From Candidatus Latescibacterota bacterium (lineage in GTDB: Bacteria > Latescibacterota > UBA2968 > GCA-2709665): a stretch of DNA of 64,000 nt. Below are positions 1 through 10,359 of the stretch, piece after piece. The position numbers and the translations under genes are program-made. The stretch covers positions 2,464,001 through 2,528,000 of the forward strand of contig OZ250150.1 of assembly GCA_965237675.1 (NCBI GenBank), read 5' to 3'. The stretch's first letter is position 1, and each line of letters starts with the position of its first letter. The notes beneath the pieces are model-generated. The model was not told the origin of the DNA, did not search any database, and worked only from the letters and a program-made list of their open reading frames with translations.

Positions 1-2313
1 ATCCACGCCTTTCTTCAGGTTTTTGCCGACGGTGAAGCCGGCGTAGATATTGTCGCTTCCCATGAGGTCTCCCCATGTGGCTTCGGCGCCCGCGCTGAGC
101 TGATCGAGGCCGAACCGATTGCCGATAAAGGTCGGTCCGAGCACGACAATGGGCACGACGCCGATGGAGGCCAGACGAGGGGCGTACCGGCCGGTATTGA
201 ACAGGTCGCCGATTTTTTTGCCTTTGTATATGCTGCTATAGTCCCGCGCCAGGGAATCGGCCGGCGCAGCCGCCACGGCGTCGGACTTGCGGATGCGGTA
301 GATGTTGAAATTTGCGGCGCGGTACCCGGAATACAGGATTTCGTCGCCACGGGGTGAAACCGAGGGCGAGAAGGCGCCGCCGATGACATTCGTGAGTTGC
401 TCCTGCCTGCCGGTAGCGAGGTCGAACGCGTAGACATTGAAGATTCCGGTCCGGTCGGACGCGAACAGGATACCGCCGCCGCCGGGAAGCCATACCGGGT
501 CCCGTTCATCGGCGGTGGTGTTGATGATCACCTCGAAGCCAGCGTTGTTGGCGAAGGCCAGGCTGTCGGGGAAGGCGACCATGCTGTCTCGCCGGGCGGC
601 TTCCGACAGGGCGAGGCTGTCGGCCTCCGCCTGGGCGCTGTCGACCTCGGTTTCGGCCTTCTTCCGGGCAGCGATGCGCTCTGCCAACACGACTTTTTCG
701 GTCTTCTTCTTATCGGTTTTCTTGGGGCGTGGCGTGGCGTCCGCATTGATGACGGCAATGTCCCGGTCTTCCCCGCGGAAGATGCTGAAAAGGAGTCTGC
801 TGCCGTCTTCCGACCACCGGGGCGTGTAATATTGCGTGCCGTTGTTGTTGTTGGTCAGATAGCGAACCTCTGTACCGTCGATGTTCAGGACACCCAGGTT
901 GGAGGTCCCGTCCCGATTGCCCACGAAGGCGATCTTTGTGCCGTCGGGAGACACCGCGGGGTCTCTTCCTCTCAGGCCGACGGTGAGGCGCCGTTCCTTT
1001 CGCGCGATGAGATCGTAGACAAAGATGTCCCAGTTTCCACTTACGGATTTGCTATATACCAGGCTGTTTCCGTCGGGTGTCCAGGAGAAGGGCAGGTTGA
1101 CGTATTTCCCGTATTTCCGGCTTCTGGCCACCTTTGTCATTCTCCGCGTGGTCAGATCCATCACCAGTATTTCCATGAACGCGTAGTCGCTGCCCTCGTT
1201 GCTGATGAAGGCCATTTTCGTGCCGTCGGGTGAATACGTGGGGAAATGTTCCACGTCGCCCCGGTCGGAAAGCAGTTCGCCCTCCCGCTCTCCCGAAGCT
1301 CGGATGGAATCGGCCAGGGCGCCATATTTGCGATCGAGATGCTCGGTCCATTCGTCGTACAGCCTGGAAGCGGAAATCCCCGTGCTTTTCTTGACGGCGG
1401 ACTTGAAGTTGATAATGGGCCGTTCACGGGACATGGCGCGCACCGAGTCCGGACCGTAGGTTTCCGCCAGATAGTTCAGGAAGGCATAGCCCTGGTTGTA
1501 GACCTGTTCCGACTTGAAGCCGTCTTTGCCGAACACGCCCATGTCCGTATAGGAAAGCAGGTCGTTTTCGAGCGTGGCCATCCGCAGGAGCATATCCCTG
1601 TGGGTATCCCAGCGGTCGTCTCCGTGCTTTCTGGCTTCAAACTGAGCGATGCCTTCGGTGAACCAGTTCGGCATCGCGGAGTGGTAAAGCGGCAGAAAGA
1701 AGCCGAAGTCCGGATTCCGGTTGGAACGGCTGCTGCCGATCAGGCCGAATGCAAAGGGCATGCTGTTGTGCGAGGACTTGAGGGTAATGTGGTGGGTAAG
1801 CTCGTGCGTGAAGACGTCGCGTACCCAATCGTGGGTGCCTCGCGAGTCCCAGTTCAGCGGCGAGGCCCCGAACGTGATGACATTGCCCAGATAGAAGGAG
1901 GATGCGTTACCCAGAATATCTATATCGGAAACGAGCACGTGAATCGGGGCATACCGTTCTATGGAGCCCGGGTAGTGGCTGGATATTCTCTCGAAGATGT
2001 CGTCCGCAATCTCCGCAATGCGACGGGCCGTATTCTCGGCTTCGGCGTAATAGATGGCGAAGTACCTGGTGCGGATTGCGCGGGCGCCGGGCACGCGAAG
2101 GCCGAGCAGGGCGGGAAAGAAATGCTGCTCGTGTCTATCCCAGGTGTAGTCGGGCATGGTGCGGTTCAACGGCACGTCGGCAATGTCCACCGTTGGGCCG
2201 TTCTTGAACCTTCTGGGAATTTGCTGGGCGTCGGAAGGGAAGGGAAGGGCAGACCAGAGGATGACCAGGATCGCACTTGGAAGGAGGATGGACAGGTTCG
2301 CTGATCGGCTCAC
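1..2313 (-). CDS. Secreted/outer-membrane protein: HExxH (peptidase MA-like) domain plus TolB/PD40 beta-propeller repeats; 3' end lies outside the window
   Basis: Absent from the ORF track; translated by hand. GTG at 2313 with GGGAGA RBS. Signal peptide MSRSANLSILLPSAILVILWSALPFPSDAQ, then VFTHELTHH, PNWFTEGIAQ and PD40-like repeats (FPTYSPDGTKMAFIS, PAVSPDGTKIAFVG, PRWSEDGSRLLFS). Open to position 1 (VGKNLKKGVD). Confidence 0.85.
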   Translation of the reverse strand, partial: MSRSANLSILLPSAILVILWSALPFPSDAQQIPRRFKNGPTVDIADVPLNRTMPDYTWDRHEQHFFPALLGLRVPGARAIRTRYFAIYYAEAENTARRIAEIADDIFERISSHYPGSIERYAPIHVLVSDIDILGNASSFYLGNVITFGASPLNWDSRGTHDWVRDVFTHELTHHITLKSSHNSMPFAFGLIGSSRSNRNPDFGFFLPLYHSAMPNWFTEGIAQFEARKHGDDRWDTHRDMLLRMATLENDLLSYTDMGVFGKDGFKSEQVYNQGYAFLNYLAETYGPDSVRAMSRERPIINFKSAVKKSTGISASRLYDEWTEHLDRKYGALADSIRASGEREGELLSDRGDVEHFPTYSPDGTKMAFISNEGSDYAFMEILVMDLTTRRMTKVARSRKYGKYVNLPFSWTPDGNSLVYSKSVSGNWDIFVYDLIARKERRLTVGLRGRDPAVSPDGTKIAFVGNRDGTSNLGVLNIDGTEVRYLTNNNNGTQYYTPRWSEDGSRLLFSIFRGEDRDIAVINADATPRPKKTDKKKTEKVVLAERIAARKKAETEVDSAQAEADSLALSEAARRDSMVAFPDSLAFANNAGFEVIINTTADERDPVWLPGGGGILFASDRTGIFNVYAFDLATGRQEQLTNVIGGAFSPSVSPRGDEILYSGYRAANFNIYRIRKSDAVAAAPADSLARDYSSIYKGKKIGDLFNTGRYAPRLASIGVVPIVVLGPTFIGNRFGLDQLSAGAEATWGDLMGSDNIYAGFTVGKNLKKGVD

Positions 2314-2453
2314 AGTTGCTTCTCCCGGACTTCGGTGGTTGGATTGGATGATGCGCCTGGGCGCCGGTCGACGACCTCGTCTGGCGTACGCCGGTCTCAG
2401 TTCGGGTATATAATATACAAATAGACGTCCAAAGACAACGAAAGGTTCCAAAA

Positions 2454-3443
2454 TCAGGCCGTGGGGAGGTGCTGCCGGGTCCGCAGAATACAGGCGACGC
2501 TGTGGTTTCCGCCGATTTCAAGCAGTTCCGGCACGATCCTTGTGCATGCGTCTTCACGCTCGGGGCAACGGGGATGGAAGGGACATCCTTGAGGCACATT
2601 GGAAGGGCTCGGCACGTCGCCGGTGAGTACGGTGCGTTGCTTTTTGACGCGCGGGTCCGGCTCGGGGACGGCCGAAAGCAGGGCGCGGGTATACGGATGT
2701 TCCGGTTCGTTGCAGAGGGTGCGGCTGTCTGCGATCTCCACGATACGCCCCAGGTACATCACGGCGATGCGGTTGGAGATATGTCTGACAACGCTCAGGT
2801 CGTGCGCGACAAAAAGGTAGGTGAGGCCGAACCGGGCCTGGAGATCCTGGAGAAGATTGATGATCTGCGCCTGTATCGAAACATCCAGCGCGGAAACGGG
2901 TTCGTCCGCAACGATGAATTCGGGATTCACGGCCAGGGCCCGAGAAATGCCGATTCGCTGGCGCTGGCCCCCGCTGAATTCGTGGGGATAGCGGCGGGCG
3001 TGGTCGGGACGGAGGCCCACCGTATCGAGGAGTTCGGTCACCCGTTCCCGCGTGTCGCTTCCATCGGTGAGTCTGTGGATTTTCAGCGCTTCGGCCAGCA
3101 TCCCGCCCACGGTCATTCGGGGGTTGAGCGAACTGTACGGATCCTGGAAGATGATCTGCATGCGGCGCCGTACGGCGCGAAGTTCCGAGCGGTTGAGGCC
3201 GAAAACGTCGATGCCGTTGAAGACCACACGGCCCGCGGTGGCCTCGATGAGCCGGAGGATCGCTCTTCCCGCGGTGGTTTTGCCGCATCCGGATTCTCCC
3301 ACGAGACCCAGGGTCTCGCCCCGGTTGACGGTGAACGAGACCCCGTCTACCGCCTTGACCTGGCCGACGGTGCGGGAGAAAAGGCCGCGCGTAATGGGGA
3401 AATGTTTTTTCAGGTCGTGGACTTCGAGCAGTGGTTTGGACAT
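2454..3443 (-). CDS. oppF: Oligopeptide/dipeptide ABC transporter ATP-binding subunit (OppF/DppF-like)
   Basis: Start [11 protein letters not shown]; Walker [17 protein letters not shown] signature, ADEP Walker B, HPYT and C-terminal CPFHPRC motif. Confidence 0.92.
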   Translation of the reverse strand: MSKPLLEVHDLKKHFPITRGLFSRTVGQVKAVDGVSFTVNRGETLGLVGESGCGKTTAGRAILRLIEATAGRVVFNGIDVFGLNRSELRAVRRRMQIIFQDPYSSLNPRMTVGGMLAEALKIHRLTDGSDTRERVTELLDTVGLRPDHARRYPHEFSGGQRQRIGISRALAVNPEFIVADEPVSALDVSIQAQIINLLQDLQARFGLTYLFVAHDLSVVRHISNRIAVMYLGRIVEIADSRTLCNEPEHPYTRALLSAVPEPDPRVKKQRTVLTGDVPSPSNVPQGCPFHPRCPEREDACTRIVPELLEIGGNHSVACILRTRQHLPTA

Positions 3444-3444
3444 G

Positions 3445-4443
3445 TCAATCCGATCGCGTCGCGGGAGATGGGTATTCTTCGGCCATCCAGCAAGCCACGA
3501 GGCGGTTGCCGGCGGTCGGTTCCATGCGCGGCTCGTCCGTGTCACATATGTTCTCCGCCAGCGAACACCGGGGTGCGAATCGACATCCGGCGGGAAAACG
3601 AGTCGCATCGGGAACGCTGCCTGGAATGACGGATAGCCGGTTTTTCTCCTCGTTGAGTTTGGGTATCGATTCCAGCAATCCTCTTGTGTAGGGGTGCCGG
3701 GGGTCGGCGAAGATTTCATCCACCGTTCCGGTTTCAACGATTTTTCCGGCGTACATGACCGCCACGCGGTCCGCAACTTCCGCAATGACGCCAAGGTCGT
3801 GGGTAATCATCAGGACGGCCATCCCGAATTCTCTCTGAAGCCGATCCAGGAGTTCCAGAATCTGGGCCTGAATGGTCACGTCCAGCGCCGTGGTGGGCTC
3901 GTCGGCGATGAGCAACTCGGGATTGCAGGAGAGGGCCATGGCAATCATCACCCGCTGGCGCATGCCGCCGGAAAGCTGGTGAGGATACTCGTTTGCCCGC
4001 TGTGCGGGATCCGGAATTCCAACCAGATCGAGCATTTCGACCGTCTTGGCCCGTGCGGCGCCCTTGCCCAGACGCTGGTGGAGCCTGACGGCTTCGTCAA
4101 TCTGGTCCCCGCATGTGAAGACAGGGTTGAGGCTGGTCATCGGTTCCTGGAAAATCATCGCAATGTCGTTGCCTCGCACGCTCTGGACGGCGGTTTCGTC
4201 CAGACCAAGCAGATTCCGCCCGTTGAACCGGATCTGTCCCGAGACGATTTCGCCCGGTGGTTCGGGTATCAGACGCATAACGGACAGAGACGTGACGCTC
4301 TTGCCGCATCCGGACTCTCCCACCAGGCCCAGGGTTTCCCCCTTTTTCAGGGTGAAGGAAACCCCATCCACGGCTTTGGCGACGCCGCCGTCCGTATGAA
4401 AGTACGTCCTTAGATCTTCGACGGTCAAAAGAGGTTCCGACAT
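3445..4443 (-). CDS. oppD: Oligopeptide/dipeptide ABC transporter ATP-binding subunit (OppD/DppD-like)
   Basis: [45 protein letters not shown]. Confidence 0.93.
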   Translation of the reverse strand: MSEPLLTVEDLRTYFHTDGGVAKAVDGVSFTLKKGETLGLVGESGCGKSVTSLSVMRLIPEPPGEIVSGQIRFNGRNLLGLDETAVQSVRGNDIAMIFQEPMTSLNPVFTCGDQIDEAVRLHQRLGKGAARAKTVEMLDLVGIPDPAQRANEYPHQLSGGMRQRVMIAMALSCNPELLIADEPTTALDVTIQAQILELLDRLQREFGMAVLMITHDLGVIAEVADRVAVMYAGKIVETGTVDEIFADPRHPYTRGLLESIPKLNEEKNRLSVIPGSVPDATRFPAGCRFAPRCSLAENICDTDEPRMEPTAGNRLVACWMAEEYPSPATRSD

Positions 4444-4555
4444 AAAGCCGACCCTATTTTGAAAATGCGTTCATTTCGGATGCGCCGCGCACCCGGCCGA
4501 CGCGCGGGTTCGAACGGGACACCCCCGATGTTCGATCAACCAGTCCCCTGCCGGG

Positions 4556-5299
4556 TCAGAAAAGCGGCGGATTCAGATTCAGCCAATCTTTCAGGAGAAA
4601 ATCCACGCGGCCGATGAGCAGGGAGATGCGCGCCATAACGGTATAACCGAAAGAGGCGCCGAATGAAACCATGAGGAAATAGATGCCTACCCGGGAGACG
4701 CCGCCGACGATTCCCTTATGCTCGACCGAGAAATAGAAGTAAATCAGCACACTCAACACGCCGATCAGGATGATGGCCGGGTTCAGCACAGCCCAGCCGA
4801 AGTCCGCCGATGCCTGCGAAAACGGACGGATTGTGGGTCCGATCTGCTCGATGATGAAGGAGGCGACGCGCCGGGGGATGGCCAGGCCGGCGCCGAGACC
4901 CACGTAAAAGGCAAAGGAGATGCGGCTGAGCCAGACGGCCCTGCCGAAAAGTCGGGTCATCAGGAAGAGACCCAGGCCGGCCGGAACGATCACCCACCAT
5001 CTGACGCCCGTGCCCGGCACTGGACGAAAGAGGGGGTTGATGACGTCCAACAGGATGCTCTGATACCAGACCACGGCGAGTTCGTAGGCGGCAACAACGC
5101 CGACGTAGAGATGCTCGGCCAGTTTGAAGAGAGAATTGTCTCTGTACAGGAAGCTGTAAAGAGCGAGCGTGACGCCTGCGGCGAGGATAATCCCGAAACC
5201 CGACCAGCTTGCCTCCAGGTCGCCAGCAGCCAGCAGATACCCATTTGCGGCGGCAAAAAGCAGAATGAAGATCGGAAAGACGATGTGATCCCTGTCCAT
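4556..5299 (-). CDS. Uncharacterised polytopic membrane protein (GlmL-like cluster)
   Basis: About 7 hydrophobic segments; motifs YSFLYRDN..FKLAEHLYVG and FLMVSFGASFGYTVMARISLLIGR; tightly packed in the operon. Confidence 0.8.
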   Translation of the reverse strand: MDRDHIVFPIFILLFAAANGYLLAAGDLEASWSGFGIILAAGVTLALYSFLYRDNSLFKLAEHLYVGVVAAYELAVVWYQSILLDVINPLFRPVPGTGVRWWVIVPAGLGLFLMTRLFGRAVWLSRISFAFYVGLGAGLAIPRRVASFIIEQIGPTIRPFSQASADFGWAVLNPAIILIGVLSVLIYFYFSVEHKGIVGGVSRVGIYFLMVSFGASFGYTVMARISLLIGRVDFLLKDWLNLNPPLF

Positions 5300-5311
5300 G
5301 CCGGTGTCCTT

Positions 5312-6139
5312 TTACGTACGCGAGGCGCCGCGGTGCAGAAAGAAGACGACGTTGCCGAGCAGAATAAATCCGATGATGACTATGTGGGCGACGGACTGGG
5401 GGCGCATGCCGCTGACCGCCAGTCCTCTCTTACCCACCAGGGCTTCGTATTCGGCGGCTCCTGCGAGCCCGCCGATGAGGCCGTTGAGCTGCCGGGACTG
5501 GAGGAAGGGAAAGAAATCCGGCGCCATCACGGCGGTACACCCGGCTCCAAGGGCGAACCGGTATCGTTCTTGCCCGTACGCGATCCATTCGTCGACACCC
5601 GGAAACCCGGCGGCCAGGTCGATCACGTAATCGAAATCCTTCAGCGAGCGAAGATTTCGCGCAATGGGCATCTCCAGGGTGGAAACGCCCCGGATGTCTT
5701 CGGGAAACGTGCCGTGCAGATCCTGGCCCATGTTCAGGATGAGGATCGGACCGCCGGCCTTGAACCCCAGAAACGCATAGTCCGTACCGTTAACCCGGCC
5801 GTATTCCGCCGCCGCCGTCTCAAAAGCCTGCATCGCCAGCCCCACGGCTTCGGTGATGAGGGTCACGCCCACCACACGGATGTTTCGGCTGAAGCAGTGT
5901 CGCAGAATGGCCAGGGCCATGGGCTGGAGTTCGGGCTGGGAGCTGGGTCCATAGTCGAAGGAGATCAGCATGACAGCATCCGGCTTTTCGGCCAGGCTTT
6001 CCACGGTGTCGTAGACGGCGCGTACGTTGGGCGTGGGCTTTATTGGCAGTTCGAAGTCGATGAGCAGAGGGATACATACGGCCAGGAAGACGGCCACGTA
6101 GACGATGCGACGGTCGATATTCAGGAGGCGCTCGATCAT
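5312..6139 (-). CDS. Uncharacterised membrane-anchored protein (GlmL-like cluster)
   Basis: True start MIERLLNIDRR at 6139 overlaps the upstream stop (ATGA). N- and C-terminal TM helices flank a soluble alpha/beta domain (DYGPSSQPELQPM, GLAGAAEYE). Confidence 0.8.
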   Translation of the reverse strand: MIERLLNIDRRIVYVAVFLAVCIPLLIDFELPIKPTPNVRAVYDTVESLAEKPDAVMLISFDYGPSSQPELQPMALAILRHCFSRNIRVVGVTLITEAVGLAMQAFETAAAEYGRVNGTDYAFLGFKAGGPILILNMGQDLHGTFPEDIRGVSTLEMPIARNLRSLKDFDYVIDLAAGFPGVDEWIAYGQERYRFALGAGCTAVMAPDFFPFLQSRQLNGLIGGLAGAAEYEALVGKRGLAVSGMRPQSVAHIVIIGFILLGNVVFFLHRGASRT

Positions 6140-6792
6140 TTCCCCTCCTCTCCGAGATAGGAACGTTCGATGCCGAAGATGATGCGCAGGGCCGTGGCGA
6201 TGGCGCCCAGGCTCACGCCCAGGAGGATGCCGCGGCGGGCGGCCAGGTTGGGGGTGGCCATCAGCCATTGGGAGACGGCCGGCAGGTGTTCCGAAATCAA
6301 TGCGCCAATGGGTACCCGGCCCAGCATGACGAGTACGGCGGCAACAAGGAGAACGACGGCCTCGGCCGACCGGGCGCGAAAGGTGCGGTAGGCGGCGGAC
6401 GCGATGAAAAAGGCGAGGAGAGAGAACATGGTGGCCCCGCCGGCCACGTGGATGTGGGTATACATCCAGTTCAGATCCAGACCGTCGCCCTTCGCCATTG
6501 GCTGCAGGGGCCCTTGCCCGTTGTTGTAGACGGCCAGTAGGGTCGTGACGATAAACCCGATGTAAACAACGGCGCTGAAAGCCCACCCGGCCTGTTTGCG
6601 CTTGACGCGGTTCCAGTGCATAAGCAACAGACTGTGGATGCCCAGAAACAGGGCGAAGGCCGCAATGATCCGGACCCAGGTTGAGGTCGTGATTTCAACC
6701 GGCCGCGCGACGGGAATGTAGTAGGTGAATATGCCGATGATGCCGGCTACAAAGGCCACGAGCAGCGGCAGTGTGCGTTGCAGGAAATGCAT
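6136..6792 (-). CDS. Uncharacterised polytopic membrane protein (GlmL-like cluster)
   Basis: About 6 TM helices; ATMFSLLAFFIASAAYRTFRAR, VMLGRVPIG, RIIFGIERSYLG; GGAGA RBS. Confidence 0.82.
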   Translation of the reverse strand: MHFLQRTLPLLVAFVAGIIGIFTYYIPVARPVEITTSTWVRIIAAFALFLGIHSLLLMHWNRVKRKQAGWAFSAVVYIGFIVTTLLAVYNNGQGPLQPMAKGDGLDLNWMYTHIHVAGGATMFSLLAFFIASAAYRTFRARSAEAVVLLVAAVLVMLGRVPIGALISEHLPAVSQWLMATPNLAARRGILLGVSLGAIATALRIIFGIERSYLGEEGK

Positions 6793-6846
6793 TCGGGTTT
6801 CTCCGTACGAAATGGAGGCTTGAATGTGGGCGAATTGTCGACGACG

Positions 6847-8031
6847 TCAGCTCAGGACCGGCCAGAAGCCGATGCCGGCCAGTATCGAACCGAGCGCCAG
6901 AATAAGGATCAGGACTCCCTTCCCCAGGTCCTGGCCCTTCAGGCTCCCGAGAAGCTTGGGATCTCTGGAGAGATAGGCGCTGGCGGCGTAGAGTTCCTCC
7001 CCCATCAAGGTGTAGTCGCAGGTCGTGATAAAAAACGGAAGCTGCGTGTAGGCATCCGTTGCGGCAATCTGGATGGCGCCGGTCGTGGCGCCGGTTTCCG
7101 CAAGGAGCAGGGATTCGGCATAGAAATAGCCCATAAAAAGATTGGCTGCCGGCTTCTCCCGCACCATCATGCCGTCGAGCGCCGCCGCGTAACTGAATTG
7201 ATCTGCGGCCGCCAGAAAGACATCGTCCGGGTTGAATGCATCCGGACGGCCTGCTTCGATACAGGACTCTTTGACCACTTCCTGGCTCACGGACATGACG
7301 ATCGGATCCCGGTTGCCCACCCTGAGCTGGGTATCGTATTCGGCGGTTCGCCTGGCCACCTGGCCAAGAATATTCACGGCGGCGATGGTGGAAGGGCTGC
7401 CCATATCCTGCAGGCCGTGGATGAAAAACACCGGTTTTCCCATTTCCGTTGCCCGGCCGAGCGCCTCGTCCAGGGCATCCAGACCGGCCAGCCGGCGGAT
7501 GTACAGGGTCTTGTGGCGGGCAATTCGGATATAGACGAGGATCGTGATCGAAAAGAGCGCCGCCAGCACGAAGTTTTCGAATTTGGTCCAATTGAAATAG
7601 TTGCCGTGCGCCCGGGCGCGGACATCCGTATGTCCCGCGCCCGGGATTTCGACGCGTATGATGTACGGCGTGTTGTTCTCGAGCCGGATCCTGTCCTGTC
7701 TGTCCGGAACGCGGTAGGATTCAACATGGGCGAAATGGCGGTTGCGGTTCTCCTCGCTCCGTCCGAATGTAGCCGGTTCGTCGGACGTCAGGGGAGCGGT
7801 TTTCGCATCCAGTTCCGCGACGTCATAAAAGGGAGCGGTCTCCGATTCGGCGACGGAGATGCGATATCGTGCGTTGTCCGGTAGCATATCGGGCCGGCGC
7901 CAGGTGAGCGTGATGCTGTGTCCCTGGTCGTTGGGCGTATCGAAAGCGAGGACGTCGGCGGGTACCGGATCCGCGGCGAAGGCGGGCGCGGCAGCGATGA
8001 ACAGAGCAAGAAAGAGCACTAAATGCGCCAT
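6847..8031 (-). CDS. Membrane protein with signal peptide, FN3-like N-terminal domain and DUF6754-like C-terminal domain
   Basis: Start MAHLVLFLALFIAAAPAFA with AGGAG RBS; DTPNDQGHSITLTW beta-rich domain; TM; IRRLAGLDALDEALGRATEMGKP, FYAESLLLAETG, QLPFFITTCDYTLMGEELYAASAYLS. Confidence 0.75.
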   Translation of the reverse strand: MAHLVLFLALFIAAAPAFAADPVPADVLAFDTPNDQGHSITLTWRRPDMLPDNARYRISVAESETAPFYDVAELDAKTAPLTSDEPATFGRSEENRNRHFAHVESYRVPDRQDRIRLENNTPYIIRVEIPGAGHTDVRARAHGNYFNWTKFENFVLAALFSITILVYIRIARHKTLYIRRLAGLDALDEALGRATEMGKPVFFIHGLQDMGSPSTIAAVNILGQVARRTAEYDTQLRVGNRDPIVMSVSQEVVKESCIEAGRPDAFNPDDVFLAAADQFSYAAALDGMMVREKPAANLFMGYFYAESLLLAETGATTGAIQIAATDAYTQLPFFITTCDYTLMGEELYAASAYLSRDPKLLGSLKGQDLGKGVLILILALGSILAGIGFWPVLS

Positions 8032-8088
8032 TGCGGGTCTCCTGGCGGTCTTATACGGGCGCGCCGGCGGTCGGGCTCCGGACACACG

Positions 8089-9210
8089 TTACGCTTCGAT
8101 CCTTTCGGCGTTCGCGCGGGGTATCACGGCCTGTTGTCCATTCTCGAACCGAACTTTCAGGACGCGGACCCGGATTTCCGATTCGACGGCCGCCAGTTCG
8201 GAAGGCAGGGCGGTGACCACACCGGTTTTTCCGAAATAGGGCGCCCGGATCGTACGGATCGGATCTCCAATGGAGAGGCCTTCCCGGTCGGCGGATTCCC
8301 TGGCGGCGGTCGGACCTCCGAGGCTTGGAACGATGATTTCCGGACGAAGAACGCCGGCCCGGATCTGGGTTGCGCCCGAGATCGAAGCTTCGTCGCCGTT
8401 CCTTTCGTTCAGGATGTCAAAGGTCTTCCGGGCCATGGCGATGTCGCCGAAACCCTCTGTGACCACGACGGTGAGGCCGATTTCCTCGGTGCCGGTGATG
8501 GCCACGCCGAGGTCGTAGCCGAGCAGGTTCCGCAGATCGTGGTCGCGAATGCCTCCGCCGATAAGGCCCGCCGCCCCGATTTCCCGCGCTTTCCGAATGA
8601 GCTCGAGGGTGACGAGGCCGCCGGCGATGAGAATTTTTCCGGCGCACGCGGCGTCGATCCGTTCTTCCGAGAGGCGCTCGTCGGGGGTTGCGGCAAGCAC
8701 GTGGATCGCGCCCCAGCGCTCGCCGCCGATGCCGAAAATGCCCTGCAGAAAGGCGCCAACGGTTTCGATAACGACCCCTTCGCCGGGAATGGTTTCAACA
8801 ACGGCGCCGTCCACGTAGGCCATGACCTGCACGGGACGGGGCGGGCCCCGCAGGATGACCTGCCCGGTGACGGGCGATACGCTCTCCACGGTGCCGGAGA
8901 TGGGCGACGCCACCGTGGTTCTGAACCACTTGATAAACGGCCGGGTCTCGGCAAGGGGTTCCCCGGCCTCGACAGGCTCTCCCTCCTTCCTGAGCATGAA
9001 GGTCGGGAGTTCGTCGGGGGTGACCCCCAGCCTGTTTACCAGGTTCAGGGTGGTCACGTCGCCGGGCAGATCGGTCCGGGCCACGACCTGGTCGCGCTGT
9101 ACCGATTCGCCTGCTGAAGCCAGCACCTCACCGGTGAGTGGGAGCTGGCGTCTTTTCCGAATGGTCGCCCTGCGGGTGACGCGCAGGCCGGGGGTGTATG
9201 TATGCGCCAT
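8089..9210 (-). CDS. Conserved hypothetical protein with barrel-sandwich-hybrid-like repeats and a KOW-like C-terminus
   Basis: True start MAHTYTPGLRVT at 9210 (the track's 5' extension overlaps oppC). GEPVEAGEPLA...SPISGTVESV; ASISGATQIRAGVLRPEIIVP; IGDPIRTIRAPYFGKTGVV. Confidence 0.8.
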   Translation of the reverse strand: MAHTYTPGLRVTRRATIRKRRQLPLTGEVLASAGESVQRDQVVARTDLPGDVTTLNLVNRLGVTPDELPTFMLRKEGEPVEAGEPLAETRPFIKWFRTTVASPISGTVESVSPVTGQVILRGPPRPVQVMAYVDGAVVETIPGEGVVIETVGAFLQGIFGIGGERWGAIHVLAATPDERLSEERIDAACAGKILIAGGLVTLELIRKAREIGAAGLIGGGIRDHDLRNLLGYDLGVAITGTEEIGLTVVVTEGFGDIAMARKTFDILNERNGDEASISGATQIRAGVLRPEIIVPSLGGPTAARESADREGLSIGDPIRTIRAPYFGKTGVVTALPSELAAVESEIRVRVLKVRFENGQQAVIPRANAERIEA

Positions 9211-9284
9211 GGGTTCAGGGTTTCGCGGGTGGCATGCCGTCTCGTTGTCCCGCCAGCTCCGACAATTGGCGGGTGGCTCTCTTC

Positions 9285-10355
9285 TCAGACCTTCATCTTC
9301 GGATCCAGGGCGTCTCGAAGGCCATCGCCAAGCAGGTTGTAAAGGGTTACAGTGATAAAGATGGCGAAACCGGGTACGATGACCAGCCACCAGGCCGCGA
9401 AATTGCTCCGTGCGCCGGCAAGGATCGCGCCCCAAGTGATGGCCTCCGCGGGTACGCCGATGCCGAGAAAACTGAGGCCGGATTCCGCCAGAATGGCGCC
9501 CGCCACCCCGAAGGCCGCCGGGATCAGCACTGGCGCAATGGCGTTGGGCAAAATGTGGATGAACATGATCCGGCCGCTGGAATAACCCAGACTCTTGGCC
9601 GCCGAAACAAAGTCGTAGCTTCTCACCTGCAGGAATTGCGACCGCGTGAGCCGGGCGATGCCGACCCAACCTGTGAAGCCGAGAATGATCATCACGAAGA
9701 AGAGGCTGGGCGGGAAAAAAGCGGCTACCGTGATGATAAGAAAGAGGGCGGGGATGGCGGCCCAGAGTTCGAACAGACGGGAGAGAATCAGATCGGTCCA
9801 GCCCCCGAAATAGCCAGCCAGCGCGCCCAGGGAGACGCCGATGATCATCGAGATCGCTACCGAGACCAGGCCGATGGTCAGCGCGTATCGGGATCCGTGA
9901 ATCAATCCGGAAAGTACGTCGCGGCCCAGCCGATCCGTACCCAGAAAATGCGTCGTGCCGGGCGGCTGGTACTTTTCGCCGAGATTGACGTCGCTGGGAC
10001 CATAGGGGACGGGCGGAAAAATGGCGTATTCGGACCTGAGGCGTTTGAAGTTTCTTTTTCTCCTGAGTGGCGCCGGCCAATCGGCCAGTCCGAGATAGAC
10101 GGCGTACTGGCGAAAGGCCGGGAAATAAGTCTTTCCCCGGTATTTCATATAGTAGGGTTTGTTGCCCGCGAGGCAATCCGCGAACACCGCCGTCAGCGCG
10201 AGAACGCAGATCGCCGCCAGGCTGAAGAGGGCCGGGCGATTTTTTTTGAACTGCCGCCAGACCAGCTTCGAATAGGTCTGGCTCTCCTGGACAGCGTCGG
10301 GTTCGGGCGTTCCAGGGTCCGCTTCGGGGTGATCGCGCGTGGGACCGTCGGCCAT
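9285..10355 (-). CDS. oppC: Peptide ABC transporter permease (OppC/DppC-like)
   Basis: VWRQFKKNR, HFLGTDRLGRD, EAA-like loop FVSAAKSLG, HILPNA, ESGLSFLG, NLLGDGLRDALDP. Confidence 0.92.
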   Translation of the reverse strand: MADGPTRDHPEADPGTPEPDAVQESQTYSKLVWRQFKKNRPALFSLAAICVLALTAVFADCLAGNKPYYMKYRGKTYFPAFRQYAVYLGLADWPAPLRRKRNFKRLRSEYAIFPPVPYGPSDVNLGEKYQPPGTTHFLGTDRLGRDVLSGLIHGSRYALTIGLVSVAISMIIGVSLGALAGYFGGWTDLILSRLFELWAAIPALFLIITVAAFFPPSLFFVMIILGFTGWVGIARLTRSQFLQVRSYDFVSAAKSLGYSSGRIMFIHILPNAIAPVLIPAAFGVAGAILAESGLSFLGIGVPAEAITWGAILAGARSNFAAWWLVIVPGFAIFITVTLYNLLGDGLRDALDPKMKV

Positions 10356-10359
10356 AGAT

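Noticed and set aside
397-2304. Long plus-strand ORFs (397-1233, 1246-2304) and similar antisense ORFs throughout (e.g. 11438-13270, 18150-19760, 55133-56857, 57629-59425)
   Set aside because: Shadow frames opposite well-supported genes in GC-rich DNA; no recognisable motifs.
8880-9000. Lipoyl/biotinyl-domain-like segment (GEPLAETRPFIKWFRTTVASPISGTV) as the substrate of the nearby lipoate ligase
   Set aside because: The Lys context lacks the DKA/MKM turn and its spacing is off; more likely a non-modified barrel-sandwich hybrid domain.
9211-10176. 5' extension of the 695-aa ORF 8089-10176, which suggests a large overlapping gene
   Set aside because: The extension is an off-frame reading of oppC; protein-like sequence starts at MAHTYTPG (9210).
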